From Convolutriloba macropyga (lineage: Eukaryota): 64,000 bases of DNA. The position numbers and the translations under genes were made by a program. Below, piece by piece: positions 50,401 through 62,770 of this stretch (the first letter of the stretch is position 1; every line of letters begins with the position of its first letter). The DNA lies in assembly GCF_964194025.1 (NCBI RefSeq), contig NC_134471.1, positions 16,802,001-16,866,000 of the forward strand, written 5' to 3'. The notes below the pieces were generated by a model. The model was not told where the DNA came from and searched no databases. It worked only from the letters and a program-made list of their open reading frames with translations.

Positions 50401-53042
50401 TCAACTAACAGTTTCCAGTATATATCGCTCAATCTCTTACCCCATAGTTGTGGTTCTACATTTAGAACTTTCTTGAAGATGCTTGCCAGGCGTTTCGCTC
50501 TTGCGTAGAAGTTACTGTCAGTCTTTTGTAGTCTCGTTTTCGGCACTATAAATTCTGCTCGTGTTCCTTGTGTTGTGTTTTCGTTCAAATAGGAAAAGTT
50601 ATCCGCGTTTGCATCATTTTTTCCTGCAGAATCGTTACGAGTTAAGCATGTCATGTAGTTCGAGATATTAGGTGATCGGGAGCCGTTCGAGTTGTTTCAG
50701 CCTTTCTTTTTATGTCTTTTCGCTGCCCATTATCCACTTCGTAGCGCTTTTTGGCGAAAGTTCAAGTTCTTTCTGCTGGGTTCTATTTGGAGACCAAGCT
50801 TGAGAACCATACACCAGGGTTTGAACAACGTAGCCATTATATGCGTTCAGGCGAGTTTTGAGCATGCATGATTTCGAGAGGTTTCTTGTCTGATGAAGCG
50901 CTGATGTGGCTTTCTTAGTTTTGGTGGCAATTATCAGTCCAGTTTAGGTTGCTTGCAACAACCAAGGTTTTTCTGGGCTGGCTGACATGCTACTAGTTCA
51001 CCGTTGATTGACGCCTGTAGATTGCCTTTGAAGTTTAACAGGTTTCATTTTTGGACATTAAGAACCATTTGGTTTTCTTCACACCAAAGTTCAATAGCAG
51101 TCGCACATTCGTCAAGTTCACATTTCGAACTCACTATAATCTTAAAATCATCCACATAGCCGAAACTATTGCACTCCTTTAATCTTTCTTGAAGTTCGTT
51201 AATAAACACCAAGAACATCAGGGGACCTAGACTGGATTCTTGTGGAACTTCGCTTGTGACATTGCTGACGTCAGATTTCCGACCAGATATAGAGACTAAT
51301 TGTTTTCTGTTCGAGAGATAAGACAAACTCAAGTTTCTCTTAAACCTGAGTCTTCCGGTTTTGTGAGCAGTCGGTTGTGTGGTACCTTGTCAAACGTCTT
51401 CGCAAAGTCTAAGTGCAGTACACTCAGTTCCGTAGATGATGGATCGTCCAACTGACTGCATAAAACATCGAAAAAGGTTATTAATTGTAGTGTTTCAGAT
51501 ACAGCTTTGCGAAAACCAAGCAGGTTTGGATGCAACTGGTTTCCTAGTTAACTGTAGAGTAACTCGAAGATTACTTTTTCAAACTTTGGAGACATTACAG
51601 AGCAGGCTGATTGGTCCGTAGTTCTCGATATCCATTCGGTCACCATCCTTATATATAGGGGTCACGTTTGCTTTTTTCCAGAGATCGAGTTACAGTCTTT
51701 TGTTGACCATGGTTGGAAACAGTAATTTCAAAGACTTTGCAAGGGATCCACAGTAAGGGTTCACAAACAACACTTATACTATATATAACTTTGAATTTAA
51801 AGCAAAACTGCCATATAGTTATCGGATATTGAAGTAATGAATTTATAAAGTTTATATAATTATTGATATACATTCATGAAAACTTGCATTTTAAATCGCT
51901 CTCAAACAATGTTTAACAATGTTTTGCAATATTATTTTAGTTTGGTCGGTTTTTATGTAATTTTTTTTGTTTGACCGTCTTTCGTCTGATTGATTTGACT
52001 GTCAAAAAAACGGTGTGAGTTGGTAGAGCCCGAGGGCTCTGAGTATAATGAGAAGAATTGTAGTTCTGTAGATTCATGCTACTGTTCACCGAAAGTACTG
52101 AAGAGGCATTGTTTCATACTGTTAAGCACAATTTTGAGAGGTTTGCACAACCCACCCAGCTAAACCAGCCTCTTAGCTCAAGATAGCTACCGTCAAATCC
52201 AGTATCAACCCCTTGCCAGTAGTTTGAGGATTTATCTGTCCTTAGTCGGTTAGGTTCATTTTTCTGAGATATTGTTGAATGCATGAAACACGGAAGCGCT
52301 TTGGTATATAATTTTGGCTTTTATGGGAAAATTATTGACATTAATTTTGGCTTTTATGGGAAAAGTATATTATGGAAAAATTATTATGGGAGTTTGCAAC
52401 GAAAACTACGCATTAACTAAAGATGTTTGCAAACATACACAGATATATTTGGAACTCAAAACTCTCAAGCTAAGTTTTGAATCAATAATAATAATGTTTA
52501 GATATAATGGGATTTGAAACTGTACCAGTGATCAAAGAGGTGCAGGCTATCATGACATTAATGAGTGAATTTTACCCCAAGCAGAAGTTCTACCTCTCTT
52601 TTGCCTGCAATTCGCCCACCACTCTAGGAAGTGGAGAGCCGTTTGTGGATGCCGTGAAAGAAATAATCAAATACAAAGAGCTCTGCAAAATTGCGGCCAT
52701 CGGTTGGTTACTCAATTCGAATACGTTCAAATTTGATTCGAACGAAAAGGGATTTTTTTATTTGAGCTGTGACAAAAATGGTCCTTCTATTGATTTTCAA
52801 GTACTTCCGTTACAAGTGGTGTCTTCTTATGGATCAGAAACAATTGATGGTGTATATCGTCAAGACCGACAGCGAGTATATATTCATTGAACTAAAATTT
52901 TGTTTACTTTTTTATGTGTCACTAACTTTGTCTTAACAGGTATCAACTGCAGTGCAGTGGAGAACACGACATCTTTGTTGCAATCGGCCAAAGATAGCAT
53001 TGAACAGTTGGCGCTCCCTATTCTCATTATGCCAAATTTGAG
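47487..53042 (+). CDS. Homocysteine S-methyltransferase family protein (HMT/MmuM-like), 3' incomplete; exons 47487-47796, 49442-49609, 52502-52702, 52940-53042
   Basis: FFDGSVG..DPLWGS..NPDVVQQMHREYIMAG..STCTYQAS; VAASIGSFGAHLCDMSEYTGSF; DIMGFETVPVIKEVQA..YLSFAC; IGINC..IMPN; GT-AG introns in phase. Terminal GGCC exon not seen. Confidence 0.88.
48085..49062. repeat. GC-richer ~1 kb insertion, possibly a solo LTR
   Basis: Compositionally distinct non-coding block in HMT intron 1; minus-strand AATAAA near 48893; cgccccttttgt occurs on both sides (48062, 49081); termini not resolved. Confidence 0.3.
50340..51650 (-). mobile_element. 5'-truncated decayed LINE (RT and 3' region) in HMT intron 2
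   Basis: LDFAKTFDKVPHNRLL, VPQESSLGPLMFLVFINEL, YVDDFK motifs across broken ORFs 51045-51535. Confidence 0.85.
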
Positions 53043-53106
53043 GTTAGCGACAAAGTACAGTTTTGTAAAAGTACAAAATTTATTAGTAAAGAAACCTGTA
53101 TTGAAA

Positions 53107-53152
53107 ACAAGGGAGCTCGGTAATGTGCGTTTTCACATAAAGTTCTGACCTC
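53107..53152 (-). mobile_element. Family A element 3' terminus in reverse orientation
   Basis: acaagggagctcggtaatgtgcgttttcacataaagttctgacc is the near reverse complement of 22775-22819. Confidence 0.65.
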
Positions 53153-53279
53153 ACTCATCGACGTTCTTGGCTTATTTGTCTACCAAATGAAGCAGAGATA
53201 GTAAACTTTCTGGAACATGCAGAGCAATTTATGATATGTAATTTAAAGCGCAATGAATCCTCAAATAAGGACAACCGAG

Positions 53280-56200
53280 CATTTGGGCGACGTTCGATGT
53301 CGTCTTTGGTTGTCTGTTGCAAAACAAAAGTTGCTGAGTCCCTGGCTCCAAAGATGTATCTTTGTATTCGTACAACTCTAATTCTTGGCTGTTGGGTTGT
53401 CTCCACGTGAATCGCAGCTAACGTCGGTCCTGTTGTACTCCAATTTGCATAAACATTGCTTCGATGTCTCCCTGGATGGTAATGGCTCCCGGAATCGTAG
53501 CAAAATTCCAAGCATATTGCCGAGGAGGTCAGTTGCGGCTAAGAGTTTGTCGTTGAGGCTTGCTCTGCTTTGCGGTGCTTTGGCATTGCAAATTCTCCGT
53601 CTCACGCATGTTGTATTAAGTATTTTGTTGGCTAACAAAACCTCTGGATCATTTGATTTGCTTTTGGATTCTAACGGTATTGTCTCTGTTTTCCAGCAAT
53701 GAGAAACTCCTTCGTCGAGGTTATTTTCTTGTTCGAGGCAATTGCTGCAAAGCAAAGCAATTTGATGCATTGAATGTTGCGATATGATGTTGTTCTGTTC
53801 AATCAGTACCGTGAGTTGGAGATTATCCAGAATTGGCATATTGACATGTCTAAGATGGTCATACTTTATGGCAATGTCTCCGGGTGCTCCCTCAACTTTG
53901 GCAAATTGATGTTGTCCAGAACATATATCTGTTTGAGGTTCTAACCTTGGTCGTCTTCCAAATTTGAAATTTCTGTTGATGTCTAACATGTTTTTGTGTT
54001 TGTTGCGTTGGCTCCTTCCAAGACAAGTTGTTGCCGTGTTTCTTTCTGGAAGCCCATCAGCTGTCTTCGAGAGTAGTATTGTCAAGCTGCATCCTGGGTT
54101 GATGAACGCGTATGTCCTCCTTTACTCTCCTTGTTATGTAAAATAACTGGCATGACGTGGATAAGATTTTGTTGTTTTTTGTCGTTGTTGTCCTTTGTTG
54201 TGGTTGTATCGTTGCTGTTGATTACTGCAAATGTGTTGCCATTTCCTCCTGAGTTGATCAGTTGAGAGTTTGAGCAAATGATGTCACTGTTCTTCCGTAT
54301 CTGCTATTTGCACCGTGTATCGTAGTGTTGTTCCGCTGTCCCCATCCTTGCTCCGTGCCAATAGAGTTTGAAGGAAAGTTGTTGGCTCCCAAACAGTTTC
54401 TGCAAAGTTTCAACTGATAAACCGTTTGCAGTTTTCCACCTGTTGTCTTTGCTTTAAACGATGGGCAATGGAATAACTGATGGTTACCATCGTTGAAACC
54501 GCAAGGAAAAAGATGTTATTGTTTCAAACAGTTGTGTTCTGCTCCGCTGGTTGTATTGGTTGTTGTTGTTGTTGTTGCCGTTGCTGAAGTTGTTTGTTCG
54601 GTGTTGGTTGTTGTTGCTGTTGTTCCCCGTTCGGATGGGTTTGTTGTTGATGACTGTCGGGTTCCATTTGAGTTAAAGTTTCGTTGATGTGTGTCACTGG
54701 CTGTTTTAAGGCTGGTCCCGCTTCGTCCTTGTGTTGAGCGTTCGTGTACCTCAGCTATCTCTTTAATCCATTGGTTGAAATCTGCGAGTGTCGGCTGTTG
54801 AATTCTTCGTCGTAGCACAAACTGATTCCGTTTGATTTCTTCTCTGTAAGGCAGATTGTCGGTTGAATGCTCCAAGATTGTTGTGCTGTTGAGAATGGCT
54901 TCGAAATTAAGTTCTTGCAATGTCCCTGTCATGGTGTTTATGAAAGTGGAGATGTTTACAATTGTCCAAGGAAGAGATTTTGTCGGTGGCCTTTAGTTGA
55001 TGAGTTTCTCTAACAAGTTGCCGATGATGACGTTTGAGTTCCGAAACCGCTGTTTTAACTCGTTCATTGCATCTTTGTATAGGTGTACGTTGCAGGCAAA
55101 TCCGTCAATTGCTGTTTTGGCTTTTCCAATCAAAACTCCCTGCAGATAGGCAATCTTCTGTCCATCACTTAGATGAGTGTATCCGATCATGAAGCTGTAA
55201 TGACTGTACCAGTCTGATCTTTTGCTCGTTGACCAATCTGCCCTGGTCACCGTTGAACTTCTGAAGATCAATCTTTGGAAGAGTTTCAACATAAGGCGTG
55301 TAAAATGGAACTGGTTATGGAAAAGCTGTTGACAATTGCTGTGTTTGTACTGTTGGCTGATTGAATGTTTTTGTGTCCTCATTCCAGTTGCTCTTTTCTG
55401 TTGGTCGTTCAGGCTGCTTGAGTAAGCTAGTCTATCATACGAAAAGCTGTTGATGTTATCACGTTGAACAGAATTGCTGGTTTCCGGTTGTTCGTTGTGT
55501 GAATTTCCGTTAATCGATGTTTGCTGTTGTCCAGTTGCTCTTATGTTGATGTTCTTGGTTGCTGATTTATAGGCTGTCGATATGGCTGCTACTTCTGTCT
55601 CGTTGATGTCTTGTGTGCTCAAGTTTAGTGGTGTTTTTTGCACAGGGTGATTTTGAATTTTAGTTTTCATGTCGATGTTGTTCCCCTTTGTCGGTGATCT
55701 TGCCGATGTACTCCTCATGTTGATCTTCAAACTATGAAATCAACTGTTAACTTGTTTCCTGGAACGCAGAAAATGCTTCCGCCTCCTTTTAATGAACATT
55801 CTTTGCTGAATTTATGTTTTCACTGTCAATGAACTCATTCATGGTTTGGATGTTTTTCGCAATTTTCTCCCCCATCATCCTGATTTTTGCTTTCAAAATG
55901 GGTGGTTGCATGGTTCTGTTCGGTATTGCTATCAGGCGAATTTTATTCTGCTTTGTGTTTTCTGTTGTTGAAATTTTGACTGTGCTGGGGGTTTTTATTG
56001 TTCGGTGAGGGGTGGTCTTTGTCTTTGGGGTTGATTCGTGGTCTTTGTCTTCGCATTTGCCTTGAGGTTGCGCGTTCGAGCTTGGTTTGGGGAGATCACC
56101 AGAAAAAAAACTGTGCGGTGTTCCGTCTTCTGTTAGTACTGAATGTTTGGTGTTGGTGGTGCTGCTGCCGGACGTCAGAGAATCAAACTAATCAGCTTGC

Positions 56201-56300
56201 TTCACTGACGCCAGTGTTGGTGGTGTTTCAAAAAAGACCCTTGAGTTATATTTCCTTTGGCACGGTATGCCTGCGCTAACCTTTGCCCACTGTTGCTTCT
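53280..56300 (-). mobile_element. Decayed BEL/Pao LTR retrotransposon fragment (gag DUF1759-like, protease, RT/RNase-side remnants), copy 1
   Basis: WYSHYSFMIGYTHLSDGQKIAYLQGVLIGKAKTAIDGF..YKDAMNELKQRF; VMPVILH..protease remnant; SLNDKLLAATDLLGNMLGILLRFRE typical Pao motif. Confidence 0.85.
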
Positions 56301-57602
56301 TGGCAACAGTTGAAACATTCGTAAGATTCGCTTCACAATTTTTCTTTTGCTACCGTGAAAAAGTCATCCTTTTCCTAACCATTGAATTACATCTCCATAA
56401 TCAACATTATGACTTGTTGTTTCAAAGCTACAATTTTTAGCACGTGCCGCCTGTTACACATGCAGAGAAATTTATGATATGTAATATAAACCGCAATAAA
56501 TCCTCAAATAAGGACAACCGTGCGCAACAGCGTGATTTTTTTAATCCTCTAGAATGAACAAAAAACTGAACTCGGCAAAGCATTTTGTTGAAAAAAAATG
56601 AAAAACATTCAATTTCTCGAGCTGACAGAGCAGAAAAGGAAACATTTTTATTAAACAAAAAAAGCTAATTTTGCCGAAAACCAAAGAAAAATGAAATTCT
56701 GAATTTAAATTTTATCCAATTTTTAAATTATTTTTTAAACAACACTGTCTTTCGTTGGAGTAACACTTACTTATAGATAGCTAGCAGGCGTGCACTCTAT
56801 TTAATTTAATAAGATTTTGTGTTCTCAATATAGATTTAATAAGGAGGCGCAAAACTCATCTTTAAAGAATGAGTGAAATTATTTATGTTTAAAACACAGA
56901 TCGAACAACTGAGCAGAAAAACGATATAAAATAAGTTAAAAGTAATCCCACCCGCACAAATTGAGCTGCTGTACGTCACTGAAAATGGTCACTTCTTGAG
57001 TACTAAGGGACTGATTAGGCGGTCATAACATCAATCGAGGAAGAGGACGAATCCAAAAAACAAATTTAAAACTACCGAGACGTATCCTGTAATACAATAC
57101 AAAGAATTGAACAATCTCATGTCTTTACTATCACTATCAGCGTTTTTTTCTGGAAGCAACATCCTTTGATATTCAACAAAGCATATGACCCTACAACGCG
57201 AAGATGAACGAAAAGCGAAAAATTTGATAAGAATTTGTTTCTTCGAATGTAAGTGATGCTTAAATTATCAGAACCAATCTTTTGTTGAAGTTCTTACTAC
57301 GCGTCATCAGACCACATACACCACTTTTTGGGAAAAAACATGGAGAACAAAGCAACGATAACAAAAAATTGGACATTTTGTGGAACGCAAGAATTTTTTG
57401 AAGATGAGTGAAGCCAAAAATAATAGAACACTTAAGCAAATACTCAAATTGACAAATAAAACAAATTGAGAAGAACGGCGAGTCAAGTAAATAACTGCAA
57501 CTGATTTAAAGTTTCAAGAATTTTAAAGTTTTGGAGCAATGGTTTTCGGTCTCTTTGCTGCCCCTTTTGAAAGATTTCGAGTAGTGCCTTTAAACTAACA
57601 GT

Positions 57603-60420
57603 CATAAACTTTGCTTCGATGTCTCCCTGGATGGCAATGGCTCCCGGAATTGTAGCAAAATTCCAAGCATATTGCCGAGGAGGTCAGTTGCGGCTAAGAG
57701 TTTGTCGTTGAGGCTTGCTCTGCTTTGTGGTGCTTTGGCATTGCAAATTCTCCGTCTCACGCATGTTGTATTAAGTATTTTTTTGGCTAACAAAACCTCT
57801 GGATCATTTGATTTGCTTTTGGATTCTAACGGTATTGTCTCTGTTTTCCAGCAATGAGAAACTCCTTCGTCGAGGTTCTTTTCTTGTTCGAGGCAATTGC
57901 TGCAAAGCAAAGCAATTTGATGCATTGAATGTTGCGATATGATGTTGTTCTGTTCAATCAGTACCGTGAGTTGGAGATTATCCAGAATTGGCATATTGAC
58001 ATGTCTAAGATGGTCATACTTTATGGCAATGTCTCCGGGTGCTCCCTCAACTTTGGCAAATTGATGTTGTCCAGAACATATATCTGTTTGAGGTTCTAAT
58101 CTGTTTGTTCCGTTGGCTCCTTCCAAGACAAGTTGTTGCCGTGTTTCTTTCTGGAAGCGCATCAGCTGTCTTCGAGAGTAGTATTGTCAAGCTGCATCCT
58201 GGGTTGATGAACGCATATGTCCTCCTTTATTCTCCTTGTTATGTAAAATAACTGGCATGACGTGGATAAGATTTTGTTGTTTTTTGTCGCTGTTGTGTCC
58301 TTTGTTGTGGTTGTATAATTGCTGTTGATTACTGCAAATGTGTTTCCATTTCCTCCTGAGTTGATCAGTTGAGAGTTTGAGCAAATGATGTCACTGTTCT
58401 TCCGTATCTGCTATTTGCACCGTGTATCGTAGTGTTGTTTCGCTGTCCCCATCCTTGCTCCCTGCCAATAGAGTTTGCAGGAAAGTTGTTGGCTCAATGG
58501 TTGGCTCCCAAACAGTTTCTGCAAAGTTTAACTGATAAACCGTTTGCAGTTTTCCAACTGTTGTCTTTGCTTTAAACGATGGGCAATGGAATAACTGATG
58601 GTTACCATCGTTGAAACCGCAAGGAAAAAGATGTTATTGTTTCAAACAGTTGTGTTCTGCTCCGCTGGTTGTATTGGTTGTTGTTGTTGTTGTTGCCGTT
58701 GCTGAAGTTGTTTGTTCGGTGTTGGTTGTTGTTGCTGTTGTTCCCCGTTCGGATGGGTTTGTTGTTGATGACTGTCGGGTTCCATTTGAGTTAAAGTTTC
58801 GTTGATGTGTGTCACTGGCTGTTTTAAGGCTGGTCCCGCTTCGTCCTTGTGTTGAGCGTTCGTGTACCTCAGCTATCTCTTTAATCCATTGGTTGAAATC
58901 TGCGAGTGTCGGCTGTTGAATTCTTCGTCGTAGCACAAACTGATTCCGTTTGATTTCTTCTCTGTAAGGCAGATTGTCGGTTGAATGCTCCAAGATTGTT
59001 GTGCTGTTGAGAATGGCTTCGAAATTAAGTTCTTGCAATGTCCCTGTCATGGTGTTTATGAAAGTGGAGATGTTTACAATTGTCCAAGGAAGAGATTTTG
59101 TCGGTGGCCTTTAGTTGATGAGTTTCTCTAACAAGTTGCCGATGATGACGTTTGAGTTCCGAAACCGCTGTTTTAACTCGTTCATTGCATCTTTGTATAG
59201 GTGTACGTTGCAGGCAAATCCGTCAATTGCTGTTTCGGCTTTTCCAATCAAAACTCCCTGCAGATAGGCAATTTTCTGTCCATCACTTAGATGAGTGTAT
59301 CCGATCATGAAGCTGTAATGACTGTACCAGTCTGCTCATTTGCTCGTTGACCAATCTGCCCTGGTCACCGTTGAATTTCTGATGATTAATCTTTGGAAGA
59401 GTTTCAACATAAGGCGTGGAAAATGGAACTGGTTATGGAAAAGCTGTTGACAAATGCTGTGTTTGTACTGTTGGCTGATTGAATGTTTTTGTGTCCTCAT
59501 TCCAGTTGCTCTTTTCTGTTGGTCGTTCAGGCTGCTTGAGTAAGCTAGTCTATCATACGAAAAGCTGTTGATGTTATCACGTTGAACAGAATTGCTGGTT
59601 TCCGGTTGTTCGTTGTGTGAATTTCCGTTAATCGATGTTTGCTGTTGTCCAGTTGCTCTTATGTTGATGTTCTTGGTTGCTGATTTATAGGCTGTCGATA
59701 TGGCTGCTAATTCTGTCTCGTTGATGTCTTGTGTGCTCAAGTTTTGTTGTGTTTTTTGCACAGGGTGATTTTGAATTTTAGTTTTCATGTCGATGTTGTT
59801 CCCCTTTGTCGGTGATCTTGCCGATGTACTCCTCATGTTGATCTTCAAACTATGAAATCAACTGTTAACTTGTTTCCTGGAACGCAGAAAATGCTTCCGC
59901 CTCCTTTTAATGAACATTCTTTGCTGAATTTATGTTTCCACTGTCAATGAACTCATTCATGGTTTGGATGTTTTTCGCAATTTTCTCCCCCATCATCCTG
60001 ATTTTTGCTTTCAAAATGGGTGGTTGCATGGTTCTGTTCGGTATTGCTATCAGGCGAATTTTATTCTGCTTTGTGTTTTCTGTTGTTGAAATTTTGACTG
60101 TGCTGGGGGTTTTTATTGTTCGGTGAGGGGTGGTCTTTGTCTTTGGGGTTGATTCGTGGTCTTTGTCTTCGCATTTGCCTTGAGGTTGCGCGTTCGAGCT
60201 TGGTTTGGGGAGATCACCAGAAAAAAAACTGTGCGGTGTTCCGTCTTCTGTTAGTACTGAATGTTTGGTGTTGGTGGTGCTGCTGCCGGACGTCAGAGAA
60301 TCAAACTAATCAGCTTGCTTCACTGACGCCAGTGTTGGTGGTGTTTCAAAAAAGACCCTTGAGTTATATTTCCTTTGGCACGGTATGCCTGCGCTAACCT
60401 TTGCCCACTGTTGCTTCTTG
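57603..60420 (-). mobile_element. Decayed BEL/Pao fragment, copy 2
   Basis: Near-identical to copy 1 with small indels. Confidence 0.85.
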
Positions 60421-61364
60421 GCAACAGTTGAAACATTCGTAAGATTCGCTTCACAATTTTTCTTTTGCTACCGTGAAAAAGTCATCCTTTTCCTAACCAT
60501 TGAATTACATCTCCATAATCAACATTATGACTTGTTGTTTCAAAGCTACAATTTTTAGCACGTGCCGCCTGTTACACATGCAGAGAAATTTATGATATGT
60601 AATATAAACCGCAATAAATCCTCAAATAAGGACAACCGTGCGCAACAGCGTGATTTTTTTAATCCTCTAGAATGAACAAAAAACTGAACTCGGCAAAGCA
60701 TTTTGTTGAAAAAAAATGAAAAACATTCAATTTCTCGAGCTGACAGAGCAGAAAAGGAAACATTTTTATTAAACAAAAAAAGCTAATTTTGCCGAAAACC
60801 AAAGAAAAATGAAATTCTGAATTTAAATTTTATCCAATTTTTAAATTATTTTTTAAACAACACTGTCTTTCGTTGGAGTAACACTTACTTATAGATAGCT
60901 AGCAGGCGTGCACTCTATTTAATTTAATAAGATTTTGTGTTCTCAATATAGATTTAATAAGGAGGCGCAAAACTCATCTTTACAGAATGAGTGAAATTAT
61001 TTATGTTTAAAACACAGATCGAACAACTGAGCAGAAAAACGATATAAAATAAGTTAAAAGTAATCCCACGCGCACAAATTGAGCTGCTGTACGTCACTGA
61101 AAATGGTCACTTCTTGAGTACTAAGGGACTGATTAGGCGGTCATAACATCAATCGAGGAAGAGGACGAATCCAAAAAACAAATTTAAAACTACCGAGACG
61201 TATCCTGTAATACAATACAAAGAATTGAACAATCTCATGTCTTTACTATAACTATCAGCGTTGTTTTTTCTGGAAGCAACAGCCTTTGATATTCAACAAA
61301 GCATATGACCCTACAACGCGAAGATGAACGAAAAGCGAAAAAACTGATAAGATTTTGTTTCTTC

Positions 61365-61852
61365 CGTGTCCGGACAAAACAGTCCCAGACAAAACAGTCC
61401 GAGACAAAACAGTCCCAAATAGCAAAATATTCCCAGACAAAACAGTCCCAGAAAAATAGTCCCAAGAAACCAGACAAAACAGTCCCAGACAAAATAGTCC
61501 CAAATAAAATGTAACTAATGCCATTATACCCATTGTACTTTGAAATGTTCGTTCAATAATCCGACAACAAATTAGAAGTCGCTATTACCTGTATGTTTTA
61601 ACATATACTTAATGGCCATGACCATGCCTCAGATGCCCGTGGGACTTGATTTGAAACTATCACAACCGAACATGGGATTAAATTATCCGCTTGTTAAATC
61701 ATACGTATGAGAGCTATTATAATGGCCTTGGGACTATTTTGTCTGGTTTCTTGGGACTATTTTGTCTGGGACTGTTTTGTCTGGGAATATTTTGCTATTT
61801 GGGACTGTTTTGTCCGGGACTGTTTTGTCTGGGACTGTTTTGTCTGTTCACC
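61365..61852. mobile_element. 488 bp MITE with subterminal GACAAAACAGTCCCA repeats and 8-bp TSD GTTTCTTC
   Basis: TSD at 61357-61364 and 61853-61860; ~150 bp inverted arms built of 15-mers; empty site at 57237-57244 in the duplicate copy. Confidence 0.92.
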
Positions 61853-62244
61853 GTTTCTTCGAATGTAAGTGATGCTTAAATTATCAGAACCAATCCTTTG
61901 TTGAAGTTCTTACTACGCGTCATCAGACCACATACACCACCTTTTGGGAAAAACGTGGAGAACAAAGTAACGATAACGAAAAATTGGACATTTTGCAGAA
62001 CGCAAGAATTTTTTGAAGATGAGTGAAGCCAAAAATAATAGAACACTTAAGCAAATACTCAAATTGACAAATAAAACGAAGTGAGAAAAACGGCGAGTCA
62101 AGTAAATAACTGCAAATGAATTAAAGTTTCAAGAAGTTTAAAGTTTTGGAGCAATGGTTTTCGGTCTCTTTGCTGCCCCTTTTGAAAGATTTCAGAGTGG
62201 TGCCTTTAAAGTAACAGTCATGACAGCCATTTTGACCTAAATGA

Positions 62245-62500
62245 GTGGGGATGGATATTAGGCGAAAGCTCGATTTGGCAAAGTAAATTTTTGTATCCAT
62301 TAGGCAAAAATTGTCAACTAACTTTTTGTGGAAATTTGGCGAAAACCAATAAGCACTTAAGGGCGGTACTTCAAAATGTGCTTTACGCTAAAAAGTACTC
62401 AAGTGTCCCAAACAATTGTCTTAACTTGAAATTGATTGTCTTAACTTGAAAACAATTGTCTTAACATTGAATTGATGTGAAATGTACTATTCTTCATTTT
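62245..62500. mobile_element. Half copy of the GGGATATTAGGCGAA MITE family
   Basis: ggatattaggcgaaagctcgatttggc..ccattaggc..aagtactcaagtgtccc matches 24269-24430; includes 3x aattgtcttaacttga. Confidence 0.7.
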
Positions 62501-62663
62501 TTAAAACATTTTTTGCACCTCTCGGTCAGAGGAGTACTGCTTTTCTTGGGTTTTTTAAATCGGAAGTACTATTTGTTGAGGCCTTTTTTGTTCCTAAAAG
62601 TGAAGGGGAATTGCCCTGTGAGTTAGAGACGTTTTTTTTCATGCGCGGCTTGGAGTAAATGAC

Positions 62664-62770
62664 TTCTGACTTTCTGACATTGAACTTTGGTTTTGAGAGA
62701 ACGACTTTCTGACTTTGAACTTTGTTTTTAGAGAACGACTTTCTTACTTTGAACTTTGTTTTTGAGAGAA
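62664..62770. repeat. 39-bp minisatellite, ~3 copies
   Basis: tttctgactttgaactttgtttttagagaacgac repeated. Confidence 0.8.

Larger units (their letters stand above)
53448..62218. repeat. Tandem duplication of ~4.15 kb (53448-57602; 57603-62218 incl. a MITE)
   Basis: Duplicated ORFs offset by 4118 bp (54516/58634, 55998/60116, 56437/60555); junction aacagt-CAT-aaac with 3-nt microhomology. Confidence 0.95.

Noticed and set aside
61365-61852. Regular 15-mer repeats as a CRISPR-like array
   Set aside because: No unique spacers; repeats are inverted arms of a MITE with TSD in eukaryotic DNA.
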